DNA of 31,677 bases from a virus (Duplodnaviria > Caudoviricetes). The notes below the pieces were generated by a model. It was not told the origin of the DNA. It saw only the letters and a program-made list of their open reading frames with translations, and did no database searches. Positions 11,101 to 19,081 of the stretch are shown here, piece after piece. The stretch spans positions 1 through 31,677 of IMG/VR virus record IMGVR_UViG_3300037465_000070; one strand, given 5' to 3'. Position 1 is the stretch's first letter; each line of letters begins with the position of its first letter. The translations under genes and the position numbers were made by a program.

Positions 11101-11806
11101 CAAGCTGCAGGAGACGCAGAGCTGGTTGAATGGCGAGTGGTTCGCGAACCGCAAGACGGTTACCCGATGGTTTGAGACCGAGTATCCGCCCGGCTCGCCG
11201 CAGTATCGCCGCTACATGCTAGACCTGGCAACGAAGCCGCCAGAGTTCATGTCTGCTTTCGAGCTTCACCTGATGGGATTGAACGTGGGCAAGACGGCGG
11301 CTGCATACATCGAGGCCGTGGCGGCCGCGCGGAACGAGATCGCCAAGGCTGAACACAAGGATCCCCTCATCTCCGAGAGTGCTCTCTATGAGCAGCTAGA
11401 TGCCCAGGTGAAGGTCTGGGCTGCGCAGAACAAGAACTTCGCGGCGTGGGTCAACGCATCGAACAGGTGGGGATGGGGACTAAAGGCGACGGGCCTTACG
11501 GAGCAGGAAGGGAAGACGGGTGATGCGTGGTCGGCGATCTTCCAGGCGCTCGGCGAGATCCAGGCTTTCGCAGACAAGTTCGAGTTGACGGGAACCAATG
11601 ACTTTGATCCTAAGAAGGCGCTGGTCTATGGTGACCTGCGAAAGCAGTTGATGGACCAGATCAACTTGCTATTTCTGCGTGATCCCGATCATAAGCGGTT
11701 CCGCCACCAGTGGGAGACACTACAAGACCTCACCGGGGGCTCGTTGATACAGACGTTGATGCCCGACAGCTATTTCAAACTGGGGAGCGTGAGTAAGGAT
11801 GGCTGA
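5147..11806 (+). CDS. Giant (2219 aa) putative internal virion/DNA-ejection protein
   Basis: Long uninterrupted ORF with helical composition in the structural operon; no tail tube/sheath genes. Segments such as LNRQPFFRQ and VFPFPQPFFEGYTAW are typical of large podovirus core proteins. Confidence 0.7.
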   Translation: MPITLTATGEPQLPDERSKTKEQVVSPPHHQIELVERASAATLPTEIVTMLSQLGLGDRDLIKATALANSALATPPRWIFGGTDPKEYRDPISGEHLSLREAQRFSDSFAPVAIATMLSDAADQPSVLVQARHGDTSIEVPVPVKRIGALALAIARAWGEEIPADIGIAMATSLARRGVKPADFARNIDAVARFVRYANFGPQGARQLQTIVALTLAATEDGRVLTSIKDVQEALVGPEAMATAAKLREYLDKAQSEPETDSSLPGYARTSFQVTPTSEQYARAADNLKLDMPPEVWAVAAPDLAAEIRDFQSRIKLEEQAFQRSLPGKALSAIDRVFDESAKFGFKLVNTAVLVIHQAVIAPVQGVLPGGGDSVASQWEEGHRMWLKIDAGLEESHRKFGTPSFAYAAGITGTWASLGTDLFLAWFTDPLVILGKGKRLLNLGRAYPGLTDKASATSNMLARAAAHSKTLTSLANRYNDWRVTSWTQRAEAFTKDKFITDLFKVIRDDAAYKAKIIGLRTVYEAGGLDPIYMSELRRAILETYPDLGPRALEEFRTGIKAHIVGGWAPEGSIANVVIARRIQAGEEAERALLRLDELSLQGAPLETILQESGDFGGALGDALRELLQADREAHLPRLEVPTPARPVPGLGLRRFVASRTERAGGLRSELTLNPGRVINFEADPVEYVRLNSNLAGLPPEKVAELQSDMAAAASAGVAREDRMRAVVETMNDSIYDHTLRRLLPDYERLDEAVKADMYEAVMKPYREMNRPRQAFDVIPPELDETIPKALDDLTVKQRGQVYRHVKKMRQDSMAWKALSKAEQDELEKQLRAWVRGAQRPDQMTWAIRWEAKKLLEDHLESLAALEDRIRRIVGHPTLSAAERWGELHDTLGFDYYRRIAYAVGGNDLYKIIEAGEDIDQLVADIVRLDPEGGILLAALRDPETVPWASRGITATIAGELEDALPPALYKEVIGEATTTRELIAAVKRALRFSDPWPLHPEDIAARMGVNIETSDELRAALGRTEVRITRRPSHTGQLQNTMMVPDPRDIAARLKGYIGLSKRMARQLTRQLPELDGVTRSRLDATIQKTVLGAKDIHRAYRRTWKVGAVARPAYVPKVILLDENSRFLSQWGLTQRVLAHRWGPFGRLLDRTGIYDTVIRAPDGSEVARIGRAGSERFGYEPLATSKLRQMEVLDETMRESRKVRRAFRPSGGEDKVLPSNPGHTVAWVDTLNRELASAPGTIALEAVSAGKTYEETKDALIAWAKREGRQTFTRIGYRLDEMDEWAATLAGSVHYYTLGSKEVARLVLARIDPTRLGKHLERLVPSAQRPIVIGPVLQAATSEGIATKAANGLFRWFVQKPEDVLNRQPFFRQWKRAAMVSYYDAVGRSGLTVTEQTKRAIDVAATRFALDQVRRVMFDATRQQRVLEQMGIVFPFPQPFFEGYTAWGHLALVREPATIPHVRQLFLAARDAGIIRQDENGEFYIPWHPLQYAAHLAGFLPKDSILRMRLSSLSILASSQIDVEGVTIPVPGADPLVMRGLQEVFADSTNDAAISFLFQFGPETPIVPFPIEAAARVISPEQFGEEELERLTLGMMRDLQYKGLVYDEDGLPLPYAEIDRIARHEAEQLLISRALAGIIGPASPSIRWGYQPLLDELRQMRDEMGFQEGTQAFNEKYDYAYTLLTIGTTESLESFEGREVPRIPPSEFVAKLRQQPGVQEFLAQYPAWFGLLLEGLDPELVNEFSAPFYAREVERGVIKPKDPAEFWSEGEAAKAWPHWIEFRDSVLNPLYEAWQRQGGDYESYKYAKYVTARQEELTHMAMLYPTWASQYLRELPDHPGTFDWAHDTPDTTPPTLIVDQARMLVADPRYRSLPGVQAVKFYLTERDKIAAEMEANGYTDITNPNAEDLKRRYDRLMEEGAERWPEAWPLVASYFGGDLMDFQGRRIEAYQGKGGEAILRFDTRWRQLRRAQGNYDFEFQFFGKLQETQSWLNGEWFANRKTVTRWFETEYPPGSPQYRRYMLDLATKPPEFMSAFELHLMGLNVGKTAAAYIEAVAAARNEIAKAEHKDPLISESALYEQLDAQVKVWAAQNKNFAAWVNASNRWGWGLKATGLTEQEGKTGDAWSAIFQALGEIQAFADKFELTGTNDFDPKKALVYGDLRKQLMDQINLLFLRDPDHKRFRHQWETLQDLTGGSLIQTLMPDSYFKLGSVSKDG

Positions 11807-12167
11807 AGACCAGGAGCAGGACTCAGAGGTCGTAACCATCGATCTCAACTACAAGGATGCCTATAAGCTGTTCGGTGGCGGTGGCGGTGACGGTTCGTCT
11901 GCACCCCCCGTAGACACCTACGTGTCGGACATCTTCAAACAGGATGCCGTCAAGCGCGAGAAGGCTTCGACCTTCGCACAGATATACATGAACCTATGGG
12001 GGGAGCCCGCCACCGAGGAGTACCTGATAGCTGCCGTGAACGAGGGATTGAACGCTTTCGAGTTCACTGAGCGTGAGAAGCAAAAGCCCGCGTTCGCGAA
12101 GACCCCTCTCTACAAGGAGACAGCGCTCTCGCTGCGTGACCTCATCTCGCAGATAGGAGCATGGTGA
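11799..12167 (+). CDS. Putative internal virion protein (122 aa)
   Basis: Overlaps the previous stop; TAAGG before ATG; position next to the giant protein. Confidence 0.65.
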   Translation: MAEDQEQDSEVVTIDLNYKDAYKLFGGGGGDGSSAPPVDTYVSDIFKQDAVKREKASTFAQIYMNLWGEPATEEYLIAAVNEGLNAFEFTEREKQKPAFAKTPLYKETALSLRDLISQIGAW

Positions 12168-13048
12168 TGGCGAACAAGGCGGGACTGAAGGACATAGCGG
12201 AACAGGTATTCGATAATGTGCCCCCGGCCGTCCTGGGCTTGATAGACCAGGCCGTGCGCAACGACTGGTCCGCCACCGAGTTCATCCGCGCCCTGATCGG
12301 CACCGAGGCGTTCCGCATGAAGTTCCCAGGGCTGATGGAGGGAGGGACGGTGGCAGAGTTCCTGACCGGTCAGGAGAACGCGCCGCCGTCCATCCAGAAC
12401 ATAGCCACGGCTATCACGAACTACCGGACGGCCCTGCACGAGTATCGCCAGATCGCACAGCGTTACGGCGTGGGGTTCACTAAGAAACAGTTCCAGCTCA
12501 TCATCCGCACCCAGACCTCCGCAGACGAGTTCGGGGCGAGGCTCCGCGCCATCCAGAAGGTACAGCGCACGCCTGGACTGGAGCAGGCGTTCAACGCGCA
12601 GGCCAGGGCGTTCGGCATCGAGACGCTGAACGAAGAAGGCGTCTACCGCCTCGCGGCAGGAGTAGCAGACAAGAAGTTCTACGATGTCTACGAGGCCGCC
12701 TACATCCAGAACGCGGACCTGGGATTCGGCAAGAGCGGGGCTGCTCGGCTGGCTCGCCGGATAGGAGAGCCGGGTGCGCTCACCGACATCGGGGCCGTGG
12801 TAGCGGAAGCCAAGGCCCGGCTGTCCGATATCGCCCCCGAGCTGGAGGCCCAAGGCGTCAGTAAGGCGCAGCTCCTGAGGTTCTTGGCCGATCCCACAGC
12901 GGACACGTCCAACATCGCTCCGCGCTTGGCCCAGGCGCTGGCGAGCAAGCGGGCGCGAGGCACGTACGTGGCGGGACAGCAGGGACGTCGGGGACCGGCT
13001 GGCGGGCTGACTCTCCAGCCGCAGGAAAGGACGGCGAGCTATGGCTGA
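12167..13048 (+). CDS. Putative internal virion/ejection protein (293 aa)
   Basis: AGGAG 12155-12159 and TGATG coupling favour ATG 12167. Helical; ALIGTEAFRMKFPG and YRQIAQRYG resemble ejection-cluster proteins of actinobacterial podoviruses. Confidence 0.7.
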   Translation: MANKAGLKDIAEQVFDNVPPAVLGLIDQAVRNDWSATEFIRALIGTEAFRMKFPGLMEGGTVAEFLTGQENAPPSIQNIATAITNYRTALHEYRQIAQRYGVGFTKKQFQLIIRTQTSADEFGARLRAIQKVQRTPGLEQAFNAQARAFGIETLNEEGVYRLAAGVADKKFYDVYEAAYIQNADLGFGKSGAARLARRIGEPGALTDIGAVVAEAKARLSDIAPELEAQGVSKAQLLRFLADPTADTSNIAPRLAQALASKRARGTYVAGQQGRRGPAGGLTLQPQERTASYG

Positions 13049-15035
13049 TAACCAGACCGTCGATAACGGCAGTCTCAGCGATTACACGGTAGCGACCGAC
13101 GATGACGGTGCCGCGCATCATCAGTACGTGAAGTTGGAGTGGGGGCCGGACAACACACAGACCAAGGTGAGCAGCGGGGCTGCGGCCCTGCCGATCCAGG
13201 ACGGAGGCAACTCCATCACGGTGGATGGAACCGTGGCTGTGTCGGGCACGGTCACGGTCGCAGACGGTGGCTCGCCCATCTCCATCGACGACAACGATTC
13301 CACGATTTCCATCGACGACGGGGGCGGTTCTATCACCGTCGATGGCACGGTGACCGCCACCGCATCGGGCGATCATACCGTGGTCGGCAAGGCAGCCGAT
13401 GGCGCAGCGGTATCGGGGAACCCGGTCCTGGTCGCCGGACAGGACGGCACGAACGTCCAGACCATCAAGACCGACACGAACGGGGAACTTCAGGTCGATG
13501 TCCTGACGATGCCGACCGTGACGGTGCAAGACGGTGGCTCGACCATCTCCGTGGACGACGGCGCAGGGTCGCTTACCGTGGACGGGACCGTGGGGGTCTC
13601 GGGCACGGTCACGGTAGACTCGGAGCTAACTACCGCAGACCTGGACACCGGCGCTGGCACGGATACCCGTGCGGTCGTGGGCCTCGTGGGCCAAGCGTCC
13701 GGCGGCGGGCAGCTCATCGGCGCCACGGCTAACGCCCTCGACGTGAACATCAAGAGCGGCGGCGCCGGGGACGGTGCCATCCTGGATGGCGTGACCAGTT
13801 CGATAAAGGCGACGGTCCTGGACTACACGAACTCGAATCCACTGGCGGTTCGGCTGACGGATACCGCCGGGGACTACGTGTCTGCGGGCGGCGGGACCCA
13901 ATACACCGAGGATGCCACCGCAGCGAGCGATCCCACAGGCACCCAGCTCATCTCCCGCCGCCGCGATTCGCTCGCGAGCGAGGTCTCGGCCGATGGCGAT
14001 GTTATAGCCGTGAACTCCACCGCCAAGGGTGAGCTGTACGTGAAGCACGTCGATGCCATCCCCGTGACTGACAACGGCACTACGCTGTCGGTGGACGACA
14101 ACGGCTCCACCATCTCCGTCGATGATGGCGGGGGCAGCCTCACCGTCGATGGTACCGTGGGGATATCCGGGACCGTCACGGTGGACTCAGAGCTGCCCGC
14201 GGCCGCCGCTCTGACCGACAACGCGGCCAACCCGACCGCGCCTGCCGTGGGTGCCTTCGGGTTGGTGTGGGATGGGGCCACCTGGGATCGCGCCCCCGGC
14301 ACGGCGGCCGACGGCGCACTCGTCAACCTGGGGACCAACAACGATGTGACGGTCACAGGGACCGTGACCGTAGACTCCGAACTCCCGGCCGCCGCTGCGC
14401 TGGCCGATGGCGCCGCCAACCCGACGACGCCCACAGTCGGTAGCGCGAATCTGCTCTACAACGGGACCACCTGGGATCGGGTGCGGGGGGATACCACCAA
14501 CGGCCTCGACGTGGACGTGACACGCCTTCCCTACGATGTGGCCCATGATGCGGCGGACTCGGGCAACCCGCTCAAGGTGGGTTTCCGTGCCGTGAGCGCC
14601 CTGCCCACCGCCGTGGGATCGGCCGATAGGGTGAACGCTATCGCCGACCTGTTTGGACGCCAGATGGTCACCTTCATAGATCCGGCGCAACAGATATGGA
14701 AACAGGTCGAAGCCTCGACCGCACAGACCGGCACCGCCATCTGGACACCGGCCGCCGGGAAGCGCATAGCGGTGTGCAAGGTTGTGATCGGGACAGCCGG
14801 AACCACGGCAGGTCTGTTGACCATCTGGTTCGGCGCATCGGGCGATACGACGTTCACGCAGGGTACGGACCAGGTGGTGTTCCGGGGCACGCTGACACCG
14901 ACCGCCAACGCGACGCCGGGTGTGGTGATGGACATGACCAACCCGATGTTCTCCACGACCGCCGACTACGTGCTCCGCTACACGACCTCGGCCGCTCTCA
15001 CGGTCTATATCACCGTCTACGGCTACGAGTTCTGA
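13041..15035 (+). CDS. Repeat-rich fibre/spike virion protein (664 aa)
   Basis: G/T/D/V/A-rich. Repeats DDGGGSITVDGTV and a duplicated TVDSELPAAAAL.D.AANPT.P.VG...WDR module; beta-rich C-terminal domain ending VYGYEF. Confidence 0.75.
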   Translation: MADNQTVDNGSLSDYTVATDDDGAAHHQYVKLEWGPDNTQTKVSSGAAALPIQDGGNSITVDGTVAVSGTVTVADGGSPISIDDNDSTISIDDGGGSITVDGTVTATASGDHTVVGKAADGAAVSGNPVLVAGQDGTNVQTIKTDTNGELQVDVLTMPTVTVQDGGSTISVDDGAGSLTVDGTVGVSGTVTVDSELTTADLDTGAGTDTRAVVGLVGQASGGGQLIGATANALDVNIKSGGAGDGAILDGVTSSIKATVLDYTNSNPLAVRLTDTAGDYVSAGGGTQYTEDATAASDPTGTQLISRRRDSLASEVSADGDVIAVNSTAKGELYVKHVDAIPVTDNGTTLSVDDNGSTISVDDGGGSLTVDGTVGISGTVTVDSELPAAAALTDNAANPTAPAVGAFGLVWDGATWDRAPGTAADGALVNLGTNNDVTVTGTVTVDSELPAAAALADGAANPTTPTVGSANLLYNGTTWDRVRGDTTNGLDVDVTRLPYDVAHDAADSGNPLKVGFRAVSALPTAVGSADRVNAIADLFGRQMVTFIDPAQQIWKQVEASTAQTGTAIWTPAAGKRIAVCKVVIGTAGTTAGLLTIWFGASGDTTFTQGTDQVVFRGTLTPTANATPGVVMDMTNPMFSTTADYVLRYTTSAALTVYITVYGYEF

Positions 15036-15044
15036 GGCTTAGCG

Positions 15045-15791
15045 ATGGCGTTCCCCTCCATCCCCACGGTAGCGGCCGGTAGGGTGCTGACCACTGTGCA
15101 GGCCGATACCTCGGGCACGAGGACCTTCCCGAACCTGTCGTCGCTCACCAAGAGCAGCGGCGATCTGCTCATCGCCATCATCGCGGCCTACCAATCCTCG
15201 GTGACGCCCGCCTTCTCCGCGTGGGGTGGGGGCTTCACGGAGTTCCATGACTCGGGCTCGTCCACCACGATGGCGATAGGGGCTGCGTACAAATGGTCCA
15301 CGGGTAGCGAGACGGGGACGTTCACGGTGACCCAGGCCGCGACCATCACCGGTCACGCGGCGATGATCCTGCTGTCCATCTCGGGTGCTCATGCATCTAC
15401 GGTCCCCGAGGCCGGGAGCAGGGCCGACGGTACTACGGCCGCCGCCAACCCGGCAGCCTTCAATCCTGCTGGGTGGGACGTGGAGGACACCCTGTGGATA
15501 GCCGTCGCAGGTTCAGGCGAGACCGGCACGGCCGGGAGCTACACCGGGGTAGCGTCGGCTCCGACGAGCTATAGCGACTACGCGGAGACAGGCATCTCGG
15601 CCGACGTGGTAGGCGGCGTCGAGGGAGCCGTGGCGTTCGGCCAGGTGGCCGCCGCGTCTGAGGATGTCGGCACGTTCAGCGTCGATGTGTCCAACGCCCG
15701 CAACTCGGCGGTGGTCATCGCCGTGCGGCCTGCGGCCGTGACCTACGTTCCCGGTGACCACTTCGGCATGGGGGGGTTCTTCGACGTATGA
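15045..15791 (+). CDS. Beta-rich virion accessory protein (248 aa)
   Basis: SGDLLIAIIA, AYKWSTGSETGTFT and AVVIAVRPA motifs typical of phage surface beta-sandwich proteins; GAGG before ATG. Confidence 0.7.
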   Translation: MAFPSIPTVAAGRVLTTVQADTSGTRTFPNLSSLTKSSGDLLIAIIAAYQSSVTPAFSAWGGGFTEFHDSGSSTTMAIGAAYKWSTGSETGTFTVTQAATITGHAAMILLSISGAHASTVPEAGSRADGTTAAANPAAFNPAGWDVEDTLWIAVAGSGETGTAGSYTGVASAPTSYSDYAETGISADVVGGVEGAVAFGQVAAASEDVGTFSVDVSNARNSAVVIAVRPAAVTYVPGDHFGMGGFFDV

Positions 15792-15910
15792 TGTTCTTTC
15801 TGCGTCCTCGCGAGAGCACCGCGGCCGTCACGCAGACGGAACCCCACTACGTGCGGCGCATCCGTGCCCGTGACCGCGAGATCAGGCTCGGCCTCATGCT
15901 GCGCCCCTGA
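15788..15910 (+). CDS. Small hypothetical protein (40 aa)
   Basis: Not in the ORF track. ATGA overlap with the previous stop; MMFFLRPRESTAAVTQTEPHYVRRIRARDREIRLGLMLRP fills the gap up to motif copy 4. Confidence 0.55.
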   Translation: MMFFLRPRESTAAVTQTEPHYVRRIRARDREIRLGLMLRP

Positions 15911-15917
15911 AATCTTC

Positions 15918-15939
15918 CCCTTGACATCGGGCCGACCAT
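15918..15939 (+). promoter_or_regulatory. CCCTTGAC-N9-ACCAT motif, copy 4 (putative late promoter of scaffold/capsid operon)
   Basis: CCCTTGAC 15918-15925, ACCAT 15935-15939, intergenic. The downstream gene has its own GGAGG. Confidence 0.6.
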
Positions 15940-15977
15940 ATGGCCTGAGTACGCCCCTGCGACCCCGGAGGTCTTAG

Positions 15978-16445
15978 GTGGACGAGTTCGACCTGGATGT
16001 CGAGCAAGAACAAGAGCAAGAGCAAGCGGCGCCCGAGCCTGCCAAATCCACCGTGAACTGGGAGAAGGAGGCTAGGGAGGCACGCAAAGAGAATCAGAAG
16101 CTTCGTTCCCGGATGAACGAGGTCATGGCCGAGCGGTTCGGCTCGGAGGTCCTGGAACTGGTGCCCGAGGAGGTCGCTTCCTGGGAGAAGCGGTGGGAAC
16201 TCGCGGAGAAGATCCAGGCCAAGTTCCGAACCAGCGGTCCTTCGGCTAGCGAGGACACGGCAGAGGGATCCCAGGAGGGTCCGACACCGCAGGAACAGAG
16301 GCTCGCAGCCGCAGCGACAGGACCGGGTCCCGGTACATCATCTGTCGCTGACAAGTCGGCCAAGGAACTGTTCGAGCAGTACCGGACAGACCCTACAGGA
16401 GCGATACGGGAGGCGATAGCGAAGTATCGGGCAGAACTTAGCTGA
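15978..16445 (+). CDS. Capsid scaffolding protein
   Basis: Acidic N-terminus with EQ repeats, coiled coil KEAREARKENQKLR, GGAGG RBS, immediately upstream of the MCP. Confidence 0.7.
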   Translation: MDEFDLDVEQEQEQEQAAPEPAKSTVNWEKEAREARKENQKLRSRMNEVMAERFGSEVLELVPEEVASWEKRWELAEKIQAKFRTSGPSASEDTAEGSQEGPTPQEQRLAAAATGPGPGTSSVADKSAKELFEQYRTDPTGAIREAIAKYRAELS

Positions 16446-16469
16446 GACGATTCAGAAGGGAGCCCGACT

Positions 16470-17306
16470 TTGGCTAACGAGACCACCACGACCTCCGCGA
16501 ACGATGTCTTCTTCGCGGCCTGGGTCGATGACATGATCCTGGACGAGGAGCGACCGCTCAACGTCTGTCGTCCGTTCTTCTACACCGTCGGCCCGCGCTC
16601 AACTTCGGCCGTGGACTTCCCGCTCCAGGACGACCCCGGCGCGGCATCCGCGTCCTACACCGAGGGCACGGGCCTGTCGAACACCCAGCTGGCGACCTCC
16701 AAGGTCACCGCGACGGCGATCTCCACCGGCATGATGGCGACCATCACCGATGAGCTAGTTGAGAACTCCATCATCGACGCCTACCCGCACTTCGGGGGCG
16801 TCTTGGCCCGTGGCGTCGCCGAGCGGTTCGAGACCGACGCGACCGCGCTGCTGGACGACTTCTCGAACACATCGAACACCTCTGGGGTCCCGCTGACCTA
16901 CTCGACGCACCTGAGCGCAGTCAGCGCCCTCGCGCAGCGGGATCAGCCTGTTGGGTTCAACACCGTAGCCATCTACGATCCCGCCCAGGTCCTGGAACTC
17001 GCCCAGGACGTGGGTACGTCGGGCGCGGCCCAGTGGGCATCCAAGTCCCCCAACGACCTCCAGGAGGTCGGGCGGGCTGGCTACGTCACCCACCTGGGTG
17101 GCGCCGACATCTACCAGACCTCGCTCGTCACCTCCACGGGTGGCGCGGTGTTCCTGGACCAGATAGCCCTCGCCCTGTACGAGATCAGGCCCTACCGCAC
17201 CGAGCTTCAGCGCGACGCCTCGATGCCAGGGACCGAGATAGTTGTGACGACCCGCTACGGCATGGTGGAGCGGCGTGACCGCGCTGGTCAGACGGTGCTC
17301 ATCTAA
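16470..17306 (+). CDS. Major capsid protein (HK97 fold)
   Basis: 278 aa, TTG start after GAAGGGAG. YTEGTGLSN, MATITDE, LGGADIYQTS and C-terminal TELQRDAS...EIVVTTRYG are typical of podovirus-type MCPs. Confidence 0.88.
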   Translation: MANETTTTSANDVFFAAWVDDMILDEERPLNVCRPFFYTVGPRSTSAVDFPLQDDPGAASASYTEGTGLSNTQLATSKVTATAISTGMMATITDELVENSIIDAYPHFGGVLARGVAERFETDATALLDDFSNTSNTSGVPLTYSTHLSAVSALAQRDQPVGFNTVAIYDPAQVLELAQDVGTSGAAQWASKSPNDLQEVGRAGYVTHLGGADIYQTSLVTSTGGAVFLDQIALALYEIRPYRTELQRDASMPGTEIVVTTRYGMVERRDRAGQTVLI

Positions 17307-17315
17307 GGAGGCTAC

Positions 17316-17462
17316 ATGCCCGAACAAGGAACGCAGGACTGGGGAGCCAATCCCACCCCGACGAGCCAGGCTGCGCCTGGTATCTGGACCACCTCGGATG
17401 GGGGTAAGACACAGACGAAGACGGTCGAGACGACCTTGCCCGCACCGGGTCAACACGGATAG
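17316..17462 (+). CDS. Small hypothetical protein (48 aa)
   Basis: Not in the ORF track. Strong RBS AAGGAGG; MPEQGTQDWGANPTPTSQAAPGIWTTSDGGKTQTKTVETTLPAPGQHG. Confidence 0.7.
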   Translation: MPEQGTQDWGANPTPTSQAAPGIWTTSDGGKTQTKTVETTLPAPGQHG

Positions 17463-17474
17463 GAGGAGCCACCG

Positions 17475-18107
17475 ATGACGACCGCTGTGACCGAACCGGC
17501 GGATGCTGTGACCGAACCAGCGACGTTACCTATACCCCGTTCCTTCGCACGGACAGGCAGCGTGGGGCAACGGACCATCAAGATGATCGCGGCCCGTTGC
17601 TCCATCTGCCAGTCTGGCAAGAACGTGCCGTGGAACTGGTGGCAGACGTGTCCCCATGACAAGTACGTGACCGTGCGTCCGGTCGAGACGGTGAGACCGC
17701 TCTACGAGGAGGAGAAAGATACAGAAGGCCACCCGACCGGACGCAAGGTCATCACGGGTACGGAGAAGCTCGTGGAGTGGGTGCCCATGCCCAACTGGAA
17801 GGAGGTCGCCCTCAGCCCGCGTCTGAATCAGGGACGGGGCTACCACCGGAACCGGCGCAGAGGCAGCATCCTGCCTGAGGAGTTGATAACGGAAACCTGG
17901 CCTGGTGGCGGCAAGCCCGTATGCCAGTTTCGGGGCTGCTACGAGACCGAGGGTTTGGTCGAGTACCGCACGGGCGTCTTCCATTCTGAGCGCGAGGCCC
18001 AACTCGTCTGGTACGACCAGGAGGGGAAGGTGCTGGAATACAACAACGAGGTCGATCCCGAATCGCAAGCCAAGAGGGGGCAGATGCTGGCAGGAGCGCA
18101 CATCTGA
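17475..18107 (+). CDS. Hypothetical protein with putative Zn ligands (210 aa)
   Basis: RBS AGGAGGAG; CSIC...CPH and CQFRGC...FH clusters. Confidence 0.75.
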   Translation: MTTAVTEPADAVTEPATLPIPRSFARTGSVGQRTIKMIAARCSICQSGKNVPWNWWQTCPHDKYVTVRPVETVRPLYEEEKDTEGHPTGRKVITGTEKLVEWVPMPNWKEVALSPRLNQGRGYHRNRRRGSILPEELITETWPGGGKPVCQFRGCYETEGLVEYRTGVFHSEREAQLVWYDQEGKVLEYNNEVDPESQAKRGQMLAGAHI

Positions 18108-18622
18108 TGGCACGCGTAGCTGCCGAGACGCTGCAGGAACTCGCTGCCGGTCCCGTCGTGGGTAAGATACCGGTGGTCCAAGACGAGGATGGCGACCGTG
18201 TGGTGCGGCTCATCGGGTGGCAGGACGCTTCCCGCCGTCACTCGCGAGCCAAGGGAGAGACGGCCGACCGATGGAACCTGCCAGGCTCGGCGCAGGTCGA
18301 TGTCACCCGCGACATCATCGACACCCTGCCCCCCGACGTGCATATCCCTCACCGGGAGCGGTACCAGCAGCTCTGCCGCCAGCTCCTCCAGGACGGCCTA
18401 GCGTTCTACAGGCAGTACGGTTACATCCGCTGGCCGACCTCTGTCGAGGCCGAACTGCGGACTCTGGGTTTCAGGCTCTCGGGTTACCGCCTCGGGCTGC
18501 CGGACCTGGCAGAGCAGGTGGAAGCACTCGCTGCCTACTACATCACTAGAGCGGCGAACGAACAGAAGGAACAGGACCAGAAGAAGGTGACCCTGGATCA
18601 CCGGGGCCGCTACTCGGCATAG
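18107..18622 (+). CDS. Hypothetical protein (171 aa)
   Basis: TGATG coupling; protein-like composition; no recognised family. Confidence 0.7.
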   Translation: MARVAAETLQELAAGPVVGKIPVVQDEDGDRVVRLIGWQDASRRHSRAKGETADRWNLPGSAQVDVTRDIIDTLPPDVHIPHRERYQQLCRQLLQDGLAFYRQYGYIRWPTSVEAELRTLGFRLSGYRLGLPDLAEQVEALAAYYITRAANEQKEQDQKKVTLDHRGRYSA

Positions 18623-18637
18623 GAGGAGGATGGAAAC

Positions 18638-19027
18638 ATGCCGATCAAGAGTATCGCAGGAGGCTGGGGCCAGCCGGTGGAAGCCAAGACGGCTAGCTAC
18701 ACGGTGGTCGCGTCGGACTGCGGGAAGCTGTTCACGAATAGAGGGGCATCGGGTTCGGTGACGTTCACCCTGCCCAAGTCCTCGCCGCAGCTCAACGGTT
18801 GGTGGTGCGAGTTCGCCACCGTCGCCGCCCAGGCCATCGCCATCGCTTCGGCGCCCGCAGACACGCTCATCGTGCATGGCGACGCGACGGCGGATTCGGT
18901 GACCACGGCCGCAACGATCGGCCAGCACTTCAAGGTCATCTGCGATGGGACGGGCATGTTCGTCGTGAGCAACCCGTCGGCCGCATCTGCGGCCACTGCC
19001 GTCACGGCGGTCACGCTGGCGACCTGA
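18638..19027 (+). CDS. Putative capsid decoration/cement protein (129 aa)
   Basis: RBS AGGAGGAGG; KTASYTVVASDCGKLFTNRGASGSVTFTLP motif common in small beta-rich phage head proteins. Confidence 0.7.
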   Translation: MPIKSIAGGWGQPVEAKTASYTVVASDCGKLFTNRGASGSVTFTLPKSSPQLNGWWCEFATVAAQAIAIASAPADTLIVHGDATADSVTTAATIGQHFKVICDGTGMFVVSNPSAASAATAVTAVTLAT

Positions 19028-19081
19028 TAGGCGGACGGCTAGCCAGACCCGGGTGGAACAGACCGGGGGAAAGGGGGAGAC

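Noticed and set aside
11590-11620. NDFDPK in the giant protein as an RNA polymerase DxDGD-like motif
   Set aside because: It lacks the third Asp and lies about 65 aa from the C-terminus with no double-psi-barrel context.
16470-19027. In-frame gene pairs suggesting stop readthrough or TAG recoding (MCP/17316/17475; 18107/18638; also 4790/5147)
   Set aside because: The downstream genes have their own Shine-Dalgarno-like sequences and ATG, no conserved gene is interrupted by TAG, and other TAG stops are out of frame with or overlap the next gene. In-frame adjacency occurs by chance one time in three.
19028-19081. Intergenic CAGACC(C/G)GGG pair as terminator or ncRNA
   Set aside because: No convincing stem with a U-tract; too short to call.
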